This document shows positions 10,516 through 19,044 of a stretch of 64,000 bases of DNA, in pieces. How positions within the stretch are numbered: position 1 is the stretch's first letter; each line of letters opens with the position of its first letter. The notes beneath the pieces were generated by a model. It was given only the letters and a program-made list of their open reading frames with translations, had not been told where the DNA came from and ran no database searches. This stretch comes from an uncultured Gemmatimonadales bacterium (GTDB taxonomy: Bacteria; Gemmatimonadota; Gemmatimonadetes; Longimicrobiales; RSA9), in NCBI GenBank assembly GCA_963798085.1, contig CAWCRS010000003.1, positions 512,001 to 576,000 on the forward strand, given 5' to 3'. The position numbers and the translations under genes were made by a program.

Positions 10516-12561
10516 TCAGTTACCGCTGCTGGTCGCGGTCACGGCGCGGAACGCACCCCGCGCGTGTTTCTTGAACCAGTCGCGAAGGTAGAGCTGCGTG
10601 CGCAGGAAATTGGACGGCTTCGACGAGGTGCCGTGGAATTCCTCGTTGAAGCGCACCATGGCTGTGGGCACCTTGCGCAGCTTGAGCGCCTCGTAGAACT
10701 CCTCAGTCTGCGAAATCGGGGTGCGCAGATCGAGTACGCCGGTCATGAGCATGGTGGGTGTCTTCACGTTGCCCACGTACATCAGCGGCGAGCGGCGCAG
10801 GTGCTCGGCGGGATCTTCCCAGGGCAGCTTCTCGAAGTTGTAATACCAGCTGGGGCCATCCGTGGTACCGACGAAGCTGATCCAGTCGATCACCGGGCAC
10901 ATGGCGGCGGCCGCGGCGAAACGGTCGGTGTGGCCGACGGTCCATGCGGTGAGCACGCCGCCGCCGCTGCAGCCGAACACGAACATGTTGTCAGTGTCGA
11001 CGTAACCTTTCGCGATCACTGCGTCGACGCCCTTCATGAGGTCATCGAAGTCCTTGCTGGGGTATGCGTACTTGATCATGTTGCCGAACCTGCTGCCATA
11101 TCCGGTACTGCCCCGCGGGTTCAGGTAAAGCAGCACGTAGCCGTTGGCGACGTGTTCCTGGTATCCGAAATTGAACCCGACATTGAACATCGAATGCGGT
11201 CCGCCGTGGATGGTCAGCATGAGCGGGTACTTGCGTGCGGGATCGAAGTCGGGCGGCTTGACGATCCAGCCCTGGACACGCACGCCGTCGACGGACGTGT
11301 ACCAGATCTCCTCGGTGTCACCCAGCTTCTTGCCGTAGAGGATGTCACCGTTGACATCGGTCAGCTCATGGAATTCAGTGGGTTTCTTCAGATTGAAACT
11401 GACGATGTCGCCCGGATCCTTGGGCGATGTGAGGGTGCCCACGGCGCTGCCGTCAGCGTGGATGTCATCCACGCTCAGCATGTGCTTGCCATCGGTGATC
11501 TTTTTCAGCTGCCCGCTGAGCGGCGCGAAGTAGAGGTTCTGCGCGCCTTCATTCTGCGCGCTGAAATAGACGCCGGTGCCATCGGGTGCCCATATGAGGT
11601 TCTGCGGCGAGCGATCGATATCCGCCAGGACGCGTGAGGCGGAGCCGTCGCTGCCCATAACATAGAGTTTGGAGTCCACCCAGGTGTCGGTGGTCCAATC
11701 GTAGCCGGTGTAGGCGATGAACCTGCCATCCGGCGAGATGGCCGGGCCGTTGTCCGGCCCCTTGCGGGTGGTGAGCTGGCGGATCCTGCCGCTGCCAACG
11801 TCCACGGCGAAGACGTCGGACTCACGCCACGCGTATTCGGCGTCCTCAATGCGCGGACCCGACGAGAACACGAGGGTCCTGCCGTCGGGCGTCCAGTTGG
11901 GCGCGCCCACACTCCAGTCACCGCTGGTGACCTGGCGCGGCGTGCCGCCATCCGCGGGAACCAGGAAGAGCTGCTGCACGCCATCGGCGGTGAAGCCCTC
12001 GCGGTCCTGCCGGTAGTCGAGCTTCTCGACCACGCGCGGCGCCTCTGTCCAGTGCGCGTTGCGCGGGCGCATGCCGGCCACCTGGCCTTCGACGCGCCAG
12101 CCATTGCTGGTCGCGGGCACGAGCATGCGGAACGCGATGCTCCTGCCATCGGGTGACCACTGCAGATCGGCGGGCGCATTGGTGGTGTGCGTCACCTGCG
12201 TCACCGCGCCCTCGGCGTCCATCCAGCGCACGAAGATCTGTGTGCCGCCGGGCTCGCCCTGTGCGAGGTAGGCCACGCGCGTGCCGTCGGGCGACCAGCG
12301 CGGAGCGGAGCCATCCAGCAGTTTGCGCGGCCTGCTGCCGTCGGCATTCATGATATACAGCGACGACGCGTGCCGGTCATTGAGCTTGTCGATCCAGCCG
12401 CGCGTGTAGATGATCTGCCGGCCATCGGGCGACAACTGCGGACCGCTGACGGTCTCCCACTCCAGGTAGTCCGCGAGCGTGATGCGATCGGGCTGTTGTG
12501 CGGCGGCCGTGGAAGCGAGCACGAGGGTAGCCGCAAGCGTCGTGAGCAGCGGGTATCGCAT
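10516..12561 (-). CDS. secreted S9 family (prolyl oligo/acylaminoacyl) peptidase
   Basis: Signal peptide; PD40 WSPDG repeats; IHGGPH, GCSGGG nucleophile, DLRT, EFHG. Confidence 0.93.
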   Translation of the reverse strand: MRYPLLTTLAATLVLASTAAAQQPDRITLADYLEWETVSGPQLSPDGRQIIYTRGWIDKLNDRHASSLYIMNADGSRPRKLLDGSAPRWSPDGTRVAYLAQGEPGGTQIFVRWMDAEGAVTQVTHTTNAPADLQWSPDGRSIAFRMLVPATSNGWRVEGQVAGMRPRNAHWTEAPRVVEKLDYRQDREGFTADGVQQLFLVPADGGTPRQVTSGDWSVGAPNWTPDGRTLVFSSGPRIEDAEYAWRESDVFAVDVGSGRIRQLTTRKGPDNGPAISPDGRFIAYTGYDWTTDTWVDSKLYVMGSDGSASRVLADIDRSPQNLIWAPDGTGVYFSAQNEGAQNLYFAPLSGQLKKITDGKHMLSVDDIHADGSAVGTLTSPKDPGDIVSFNLKKPTEFHELTDVNGDILYGKKLGDTEEIWYTSVDGVRVQGWIVKPPDFDPARKYPLMLTIHGGPHSMFNVGFNFGYQEHVANGYVLLYLNPRGSTGYGSRFGNMIKYAYPSKDFDDLMKGVDAVIAKGYVDTDNMFVFGCSGGGVLTAWTVGHTDRFAAAAAMCPVIDWISFVGTTDGPSWYYNFEKLPWEDPAEHLRRSPLMYVGNVKTPTMLMTGVLDLRTPISQTEEFYEALKLRKVPTAMVRFNEEFHGTSSKPSNFLRTQLYLRDWFKKHARGAFRAVTATSSGN

Positions 12562-12672
12562 GGTAGCCTCCGGCTTCGGGATTGCGCAGGGGGTTGCAAA
12601 GATATTCCGCACGCGGGAACGACGGCAACGCTGATCGCTGTCGTCGCCTGCAAATCCGTACCGGCTGCGTGG

Positions 12673-13143
12673 CTAACCCTGGGCTGAGACGTCCCGCCTG
12701 CGTTTCTCGAGGCGCTGTTCCCACCAGCGCAGCGGAACCAGGATGATCAGCACGAGCAGGGTAGCGCCGATCGCGGCGACGTAGCGGCGTCCGCCGGCGG
12801 CAATGCCGATGGCGGACACCACCCAAATGGTGGCCGCGGTGGTGAGTCCGTGTGTGTGTCCGCGGTGGTGCAGGATCACGCCGGCGCCGAGGAAGCCGAT
12901 ACCCGTGACGATCTGCGCGGTGATGCGTGTGGGATCCGCGCCGGGTCCGGCGGCGAGGGCGGACGACAGGTTGGTGAGCAGCGCGGCGCCCACGCAGATC
13001 AGAATCGTCGTGCGCAGCCCGGCTTCCTTGCCGGCCGATTCACGCTCGAGGCCCACGGCCGCGCCCAGCACTGCAGCGAGCAGCAATCGGCCGAGCAGAT
13101 CGAGCTGCAGCCATTCTGGTCCGGGGGCGACGGTCGTCGCCAG
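12673..13143 (-). CDS. MgtC/SapB family membrane protein (short form, no C-terminal soluble domain)
   Basis: GLERE..AGLRT, DPTRITAQIVTGIGFLGAG, GLTTAATIW. Start codon uncertain. Confidence 0.88.
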   Translation of the reverse strand: MATTVAPGPEWLQLDLLGRLLLAAVLGAAVGLERESAGKEAGLRTTILICVGAALLTNLSSALAAGPGADPTRITAQIVTGIGFLGAGVILHHRGHTHGLTTAATIWVVSAIGIAAGGRRYVAAIGATLLVLIILVPLRWWEQRLEKRRRDVSAQG

Positions 13144-13571
13144 TGAGAGAATCGGATGATGTGCCAGGCGACGCCTCACGGTAATGTGACGCTGTGCCGG
13201 AGAGACACAGGTACGGGCATAGTGCGCTTGCGGGTCAGCGCGCGACAGGGGGCGGCGGGGGCATCCCGGCCTGAGGACGCGCGCCGGAGGTCCGCGCGCC
13301 GACAGGCCGGGAGCCCGCGGCAATGCATCGGGGGTGAGCACGGTGCTGGCTTCGCCAATGACGCAGGATTATAGACGTCCCGGCTGACAGGAATTCCCCA
13401 CCATTCAGCCACCCGCTGTGGCGGCCGGCATGCGTGGCCGTTCGCGCCGCCCCCCGTGTTCAGGCGAAATTGGTGCGCCCGCGGCCCGTCCGCCTCAACA
13501 GCCAGAAAACAACGGTTCACTGAGCCAATACGGACCCGCTGGCGCTTCGGGCGGCTCGCGGCACGGCCGAC

Positions 13572-14510
13572 TCACGGTTCGAGGTCAATGCAGTACGTCG
13601 TGATGAACTCGAGGAAACGGGAAATGGCCACCATGTCCGGTCCGTTGTAGCGGATGGTGTGCGAGTCGCGGCGCTGCACGATGGGCAGCCATGCGAGCAG
13701 CTCGGCAGGCCGGTAGTTCTTGAAGCTCACGTCGAGCGTAATGGGGCCACGCATCACGAGCGGGTGGAATTGTGCGCGACGCTCCACGCCCGCCTTCACA
13801 CGAGATCGGATCAGCGCCTGCGCGGCCGCGGGTGTGAGCGTGGCGGCCGCGTGGAAGCTGATGGCGCGCTTCACTTCCGCGCCTTCGATCGCTCCGATGA
13901 GACCCTGTGCCTCGTGGACGGCGACGTCGTCGCCCGAGATCATCACGATGGGAACCCCGAACTGACCGGCGATCGCGGCGTTGATGCCGGACTCGGGCAT
14001 GGGCGTGCCGTTGAGCGTCACGCGGGTGAGGCGGGCGCTCGAGATGGTGTGCGCGCGCACGCCCGCCGTGTTGCTGGTGGACGCGTGATAGCCGATGAAC
14101 ACGGCGGCGGCAAAGGTCGAATCAATGCCCTGCATCATCATGAGCGGCCGCGGCCAGGAGCGGATCAGCGTAACGTCGGCTGGCAGCTGATCGGGCAACA
14201 GATTCTCGCCATTGCCGTGAGAGTCGCTGACCACGATCTCCGTGGCGCCGGCGTCGCGTGCGCCCTGAATGGCGGCGAGCACTTCGCCGGTCATCCATTC
14301 GCGAGCTTTGGCGTATTCGAAACCAGTGGGACCGAGCTGATCGGGCGTGACCACGCCGGCCACGCCCTCCATGTCCGCAGAGATGTAGACCTTGAGTCGA
14401 TTCTGCGCGCTGGCGGGCGCGGGTTCGAGCAGAGCGAAGGCGGCGAAAAAGCAGGATCCGACGATAGCCGCGCGGGTACGCTGCGGGGCATACCTGTGGT
14501 GCTCGAACAT
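13572..14510 (-). CDS. dppA: M55 family D-aminopeptidase (DppA-like) with signal peptide
   Basis: KVYISADMEG, DSHG, GYHA, HT, SGDD motifs. Confidence 0.9.
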   Translation of the reverse strand: MFEHHRYAPQRTRAAIVGSCFFAAFALLEPAPASAQNRLKVYISADMEGVAGVVTPDQLGPTGFEYAKAREWMTGEVLAAIQGARDAGATEIVVSDSHGNGENLLPDQLPADVTLIRSWPRPLMMMQGIDSTFAAAVFIGYHASTSNTAGVRAHTISSARLTRVTLNGTPMPESGINAAIAGQFGVPIVMISGDDVAVHEAQGLIGAIEGAEVKRAISFHAAATLTPAAAQALIRSRVKAGVERRAQFHPLVMRGPITLDVSFKNYRPAELLAWLPIVQRRDSHTIRYNGPDMVAISRFLEFITTYCIDLEP

Positions 14511-14620
14511 GGGTCGCCTCCAGTTGTGAGAGCGGCGCCGGGCCCGAATGCGACCTTGCCCGTCGCGAATGGCGCGGGTCAGATTACGGGCTCCACATCC
14601 AGCACGTAAGAGGAGCGGAG

Positions 14621-16696
14621 ATGCAGACCGACCTCATGAAACTCATGGTGGAGAAGCGGCCGCCGCGACTCCGCTTCGATGGGCGCGTCCTGTTTCTGGT
14701 CGATGATGCCGAGCTGATGAAGCGTCAGCTCGACGGCGAGAATCTGCCATTCACGGACGAGCTGCGGGGCAAGCTGCGCGACCAGATCTCCACCGACGAG
14801 ATCACGCCTGCCTACATCTGCTACTACTTCGATGAGACGCTGGGCGAGTTCCCCTATCTCGGCCTGCGCGCGGGCGGTGAATTTCCGGTGAAACGCGGAC
14901 TGGTGCGCAAGGGCGGATTCGTTTGCTCGGTCAGCGGCAAGCGGCGGGGCAAGGGAAGCTCGCGCGAGCAGTCGCCGTATGCCGAGCTGATCGCCGGCAT
15001 CCACGTCGTGATCGCGGAGAACATCGAGCGCATCTACAACGAGAACTGCCAGAACCTCGGCATACTGACGACGACGGACTTCTCGCTGATCGAGCGGCTG
15101 CGCGCGGGCGAGGAGATCGCGCTCGAAGTGTTCACGGACGGCGTGGATCCCATAACGCGCGGCATCATCGAGTATGGCGGGCTTTTCGAGTACAACGTGG
15201 CTCGCCTGCAGGGGCGCGTGGCGCTGCCGCAGGTTTCCTCACAGCGGCCGGTTGCGCCGGGATCGACGGCGGCGCACCGGGCCATGACCATCGCGGAGAA
15301 GATCTTCGCTTCGCGCTGGGTGGTGGATGCGTCGCAGGGCAGATTCGGCGTGCCCTGGGTGCAGCCGGGTGACAGCGGCTTCGTGCGCACGGATCTGCGC
15401 TTTTCACACGAATACGTGACTCCCATGGCGGCCATCTTCTTCGAGCAGAAGCTGGGCACGGATGCCATGGTGACGGACCCATCGTCGATCCTCATGTTCC
15501 GCGACCATCTGACCTACCTGCACGAGGTGATGCCTCCCGAGCGTGTGCAGCTGGGATTGCTCGACGTGGCGAGGCAGCTGGAGGTCAAGCAGCGCACGTT
15601 TGCGGCGAAGCAGGGTGTCCGTCTGTTCGGCGAGCGACTGGGGGCGCGTCTCGGCTCGGAAGCGATCTGCCATTCGAAGATGCTGGAGTCGTACGCCGAG
15701 CCCGGCATGATCATCGTGGGCACGGATTCCCACACACCACATTCGGGCGCGGCAGGATGCATCGCTTTCGGCGTGGGCACCACCGCGATCTTCAATTCGT
15801 GGATCACGAAAGATGTGCGCGTCTCGGTGCCACCGTCGTTCCGCGTCATTGTGCGCGGCGAGCGACCGGCGAACGTGACCGCCAAGGATTTCATGCTGGA
15901 GATCCTGCGCCATCCGTACATCAGGGATGGCCACGCCATCGGTCAGATCATCGAGTACGCCGGGCCGGCGGTGGAGGCGCTGAGCGTCGACGAGCGCGCC
16001 ACAATGACGAACATGGCGGCGGAGGTGGGAGCCTTCACCGGCATCATCGCGCCGGATGCGCGCGTCGTTGACTACCTCGTGACCGAGCGCGGAATGGATC
16101 GTTCCCGCGCGGAGGCGCTGTGCGCTGGCCTCTACTCTGATCCCGACGCCGAGTACGTTAAAGTCATCGAGATCGATGCGTCGCAGCTGCGGCCCATGGT
16201 GGCGTTGCCGGGCGATCCAGGCAACGGCCTGTACGTAGACGAGCTGGGCGACGAGCCGGTGCGCATCGAAGTGGCGTATGCGGGTTCCTGCACTGCGGGC
16301 AAGAAAGAGGATATGGACATGTACGCGAGCGTGCTGAGCGCGGCGCGTGCCCAGGGTCTGCGTGTGCACCCGGACGTGAAGATGTTCATCCAATGCGGCT
16401 CGCAGGAGGTGCGGCAGTACTGCGAACAGCAGGGTTATCTGGATCTGTTCAGCGAGCTGGGCGCGGAGTTCATCGAGCCTGGTTGCGGCGCCTGCATTGC
16501 CGCAGGTCCGGGCACCAGCCGTCGCGCCGATGAGGTGACGATCAGCTCACAGAACCGCAACTTCCCGGGTCGTTCAGGTCCCGGACAGCTCTATCTCGCT
16601 TCACCGTACACGGTCGCGGCCTCGGCCATTACCGGATACATCAGCGAGTGGGTGCCGGGCACGCGACTGCGGCAGCTCGAATCCGTCGCGATCTGA
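14621..16696 (+). CDS. aconitase-family dehydratase: N-terminal LeuD-like swivel domain fused to a LeuC-like large subunit
   Basis: ISTDEITP and GKGSSREQ (swivel domain); GTDSHT, GSCT, PGCGAC, NRNFPGR, YLASP (4Fe-4S catalytic domain). Confidence 0.88.
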   Translation: MQTDLMKLMVEKRPPRLRFDGRVLFLVDDAELMKRQLDGENLPFTDELRGKLRDQISTDEITPAYICYYFDETLGEFPYLGLRAGGEFPVKRGLVRKGGFVCSVSGKRRGKGSSREQSPYAELIAGIHVVIAENIERIYNENCQNLGILTTTDFSLIERLRAGEEIALEVFTDGVDPITRGIIEYGGLFEYNVARLQGRVALPQVSSQRPVAPGSTAAHRAMTIAEKIFASRWVVDASQGRFGVPWVQPGDSGFVRTDLRFSHEYVTPMAAIFFEQKLGTDAMVTDPSSILMFRDHLTYLHEVMPPERVQLGLLDVARQLEVKQRTFAAKQGVRLFGERLGARLGSEAICHSKMLESYAEPGMIIVGTDSHTPHSGAAGCIAFGVGTTAIFNSWITKDVRVSVPPSFRVIVRGERPANVTAKDFMLEILRHPYIRDGHAIGQIIEYAGPAVEALSVDERATMTNMAAEVGAFTGIIAPDARVVDYLVTERGMDRSRAEALCAGLYSDPDAEYVKVIEIDASQLRPMVALPGDPGNGLYVDELGDEPVRIEVAYAGSCTAGKKEDMDMYASVLSAARAQGLRVHPDVKMFIQCGSQEVRQYCEQQGYLDLFSELGAEFIEPGCGACIAAGPGTSRRADEVTISSQNRNFPGRSGPGQLYLASPYTVAASAITGYISEWVPGTRLRQLESVAI

Positions 16697-16714
16697 GACG
16701 CGACCTGCCACGTG

Positions 16715-16879
16715 ATGAATCCCTCTACTGAGGACGCCCCCTCCGTCGCGCCGGGCGGTGAAGCGGACGATGCAGCGGCACGCGCCCGTCTGCGCCGGGT
16801 CGCCGTCCAGGTCATGGTGCTGCAGGTGATCAGTCTGCTTCTCCTCTGGCTGCTGCAGTCGCATTTCGGGAACGGCTGA
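16715..16879 (+). CDS. 54-aa single-TM membrane protein (not in the ORF track)
   Basis: MNPSTEDAPSVAPGGEADDAAARARLRRVAVQVMVLQVISLLLLWLLQSHFGNG*. Fills the gap between the dehydratase and symporter genes; stop lies 2 nt before the symporter start. Confidence 0.7.
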   Translation: MNPSTEDAPSVAPGGEADDAAARARLRRVAVQVMVLQVISLLLLWLLQSHFGNG

Positions 16880-16881
16880 GC

Positions 16882-18570
16882 GTGCATCCCATCAACTGGC
16901 TGATCGTTGCCGCATACATCGTCTGGGTGGTCTGGGATGGTCTGAAGCGCGTGCGCCGCGCGGACGACGTCGAAGGCTACCTGCTGGCGCGGCGCAGTCT
17001 GCCGTGGTGGGTGGTCGGCCTCTCCGTGATGGCCACGCAGCTGAGCGCCATCACCATGATCGGCACCACCGGACAGGGCGCCACCGACGGCATGCGCTTC
17101 GTGCAGTTCTATTTCGGGCTGCCTCTGGCCATGGTCATTCTCTCCGTGACGCTCGTGCCGTTCCTCTATCGCGCGAAAGTCTACACGGCATATGAGTATC
17201 TGGAGCGCCGCTTCGATGCGCGCACACGCACACTAACGGCGTTCCTTTTCCTGCTTTCTCGCGGCATGTCCTGCGGCGTGATCATCTCGGCGCCCGCCGT
17301 CATCTTCGCATCCATCTTCGGCTGGAATGTGGGCCTCTCCGTCGCACTGTTCGGCGTGCCCGCCGTGCTGTACACGATGCTGGGGGGTGTGCAGGCCGTG
17401 GCCTGGGCCGATGTGAAGCAGATGGCGCTCATCGTCTTTTCGCTGGTGGCCATGGTCATCGTGCTGCTTGCCGGACTGCCTCATGGTGTTGGAGCCGGCG
17501 ATGCGCTTTCCATTGCCGGTGCCGTGGGCCGCCTGCGCACCTTCGATTTCCATTTCAGCCTGACAGAGACGTACACGTTCTGGTCGGGCCTGATCGGCGG
17601 CACTTTCCTCATGATGTCGTATTTCGGAACGGACCAGAGCCAGGTGCAGCGGCACCTGACGGCAAAATCAGTGGATGCGGCGCGCAGCTCGCTTCTGCTC
17701 AGCGCCTACTGGAAGATCCCGCTGCAGGCGCTGGTGCTGCTCGTGGGCATCCTGGTCTTCGTGTTCTATCTCTTCGTGCAACCGCCGCTGCTCTTCAATC
17801 CGGCGCAGGAAGCGCGCGCGCAGCAGGCAGCGCCCGCGGAATACGCCGCATTGCAGGCGCACTTCGACGCCGCGTTCGCGGCGCGGCGGGCGGCTGCCGA
17901 TGCGGTCGCGGGTGCGCGGCACGGTGGCGATGCGACCGCGGGCGCGCAGGCGAGACAGACGTTCCGCGAGCGCGAAGCGGATGTCCAGCAGGTGCGCGAC
18001 AGCGCGCTGGCCCTGGTATCACGTGTGACCGGCGACAATGCGGCGGATGTAAACTTCATCATCCCGCGCTTCGTGCTGGGGCAGCTGCCCATCGGCCTCG
18101 CAGGCCTCTTCATTGCCGGCGTGCTGGCCGCGGCCATGTCCAGCATTGCAGCCGAACTGAATGCTCTCTCGACAGCAACCGTGATCGATTTCTACAAACG
18201 CCGTGTCAGGCCTGACGCACCCGATGCGGTGATCCTGCGCGTGTCCCGCATTGCCACCGGCTTCTGGGGCGTGTTTGCGTGCATTGTCGCTGTCTATTCC
18301 GTGGCTCTCGGCTCGCTGATCCAGGTGGTCAACCGCTACGGTTCGTTCTTCTATGGCTCGATCCTGGGCGTGTTTCTGCTGGCGATGTGGAAGCCGGCCA
18401 GCGCGCGCGGTGCGTTCTGGGGACTGATCGCGGGGATGAGCGCCGTGGGTATCGTCAACTTCGCCGTGCCGTCCGTCGCATTCCTCTGGCACAACGTGAT
18501 CGGCGCTGTCACCGTCTTCGCGGTGGGCAGCGTGCTGAGCCTGGGCGGCGCACCCGCCCCCGCATCATGA
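16882..18570 (+). CDS. sodium:solute symporter (SSS/SLC5)
   Basis: SVMATQLSAIT, YEYLERRF, AVAWADVKQ, TDQSQVQR, AAMSS; about 13 hydrophobic segments. Confidence 0.93.
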   Translation: MHPINWLIVAAYIVWVVWDGLKRVRRADDVEGYLLARRSLPWWVVGLSVMATQLSAITMIGTTGQGATDGMRFVQFYFGLPLAMVILSVTLVPFLYRAKVYTAYEYLERRFDARTRTLTAFLFLLSRGMSCGVIISAPAVIFASIFGWNVGLSVALFGVPAVLYTMLGGVQAVAWADVKQMALIVFSLVAMVIVLLAGLPHGVGAGDALSIAGAVGRLRTFDFHFSLTETYTFWSGLIGGTFLMMSYFGTDQSQVQRHLTAKSVDAARSSLLLSAYWKIPLQALVLLVGILVFVFYLFVQPPLLFNPAQEARAQQAAPAEYAALQAHFDAAFAARRAAADAVAGARHGGDATAGAQARQTFREREADVQQVRDSALALVSRVTGDNAADVNFIIPRFVLGQLPIGLAGLFIAGVLAAAMSSIAAELNALSTATVIDFYKRRVRPDAPDAVILRVSRIATGFWGVFACIVAVYSVALGSLIQVVNRYGSFFYGSILGVFLLAMWKPASARGAFWGLIAGMSAVGIVNFAVPSVAFLWHNVIGAVTVFAVGSVLSLGGAPAPAS

Positions 18571-18902
18571 GCCAGGCACGGCTGGAAGCACTCGAGGCCA
18601 TGCGTCTGCGCAACCCCGGGGATGCACGCATCCTGTTCGCGCTGGCCATGGAATATGAAAAGCTGAGTCGCTGGCAGGAGGTGGTGACGCTGCTGCGCGA
18701 GTATCTGTCCCGCACTGATGACCAGGGTAACGCGTGGGGCAGACTGGGCCAGGCACTCTGGCGGCTCGGGCAGAACCGCGAAGCGCTCGAGGCCTACGCA
18801 CAGGGCCTCGAGGCAGCGAGTCGCCACGGTCATCCCGGCATGGCCGCGGAATTCGAGGAAACCCTGTCCCAGCTGCGTGAGGCGTCGGAGGGCAACGGAT
18901 AA
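18567..18902 (+). CDS. small tetratricopeptide-repeat protein
   Basis: FALAMEY...AWGRLGQAL...A...Y TPR pattern; ATGA overlap with the symporter stop. Confidence 0.8.
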   Translation: MSQARLEALEAMRLRNPGDARILFALAMEYEKLSRWQEVVTLLREYLSRTDDQGNAWGRLGQALWRLGQNREALEAYAQGLEAASRHGHPGMAAEFEETLSQLREASEGNG

Positions 18903-19044
18903 CAGGCGACACGCGAGCGCACCGCGCCGGCTCCATTCTCCGCGTCCTTGCGTTCCCCGAACGAAAGCCGAACTCTTTCTGCTTCGCGCGCGCCGCCGCT
19001 GGCGACGCGCCCACACTCGCTGTTTGGCGGAGTGACAGAAGACG

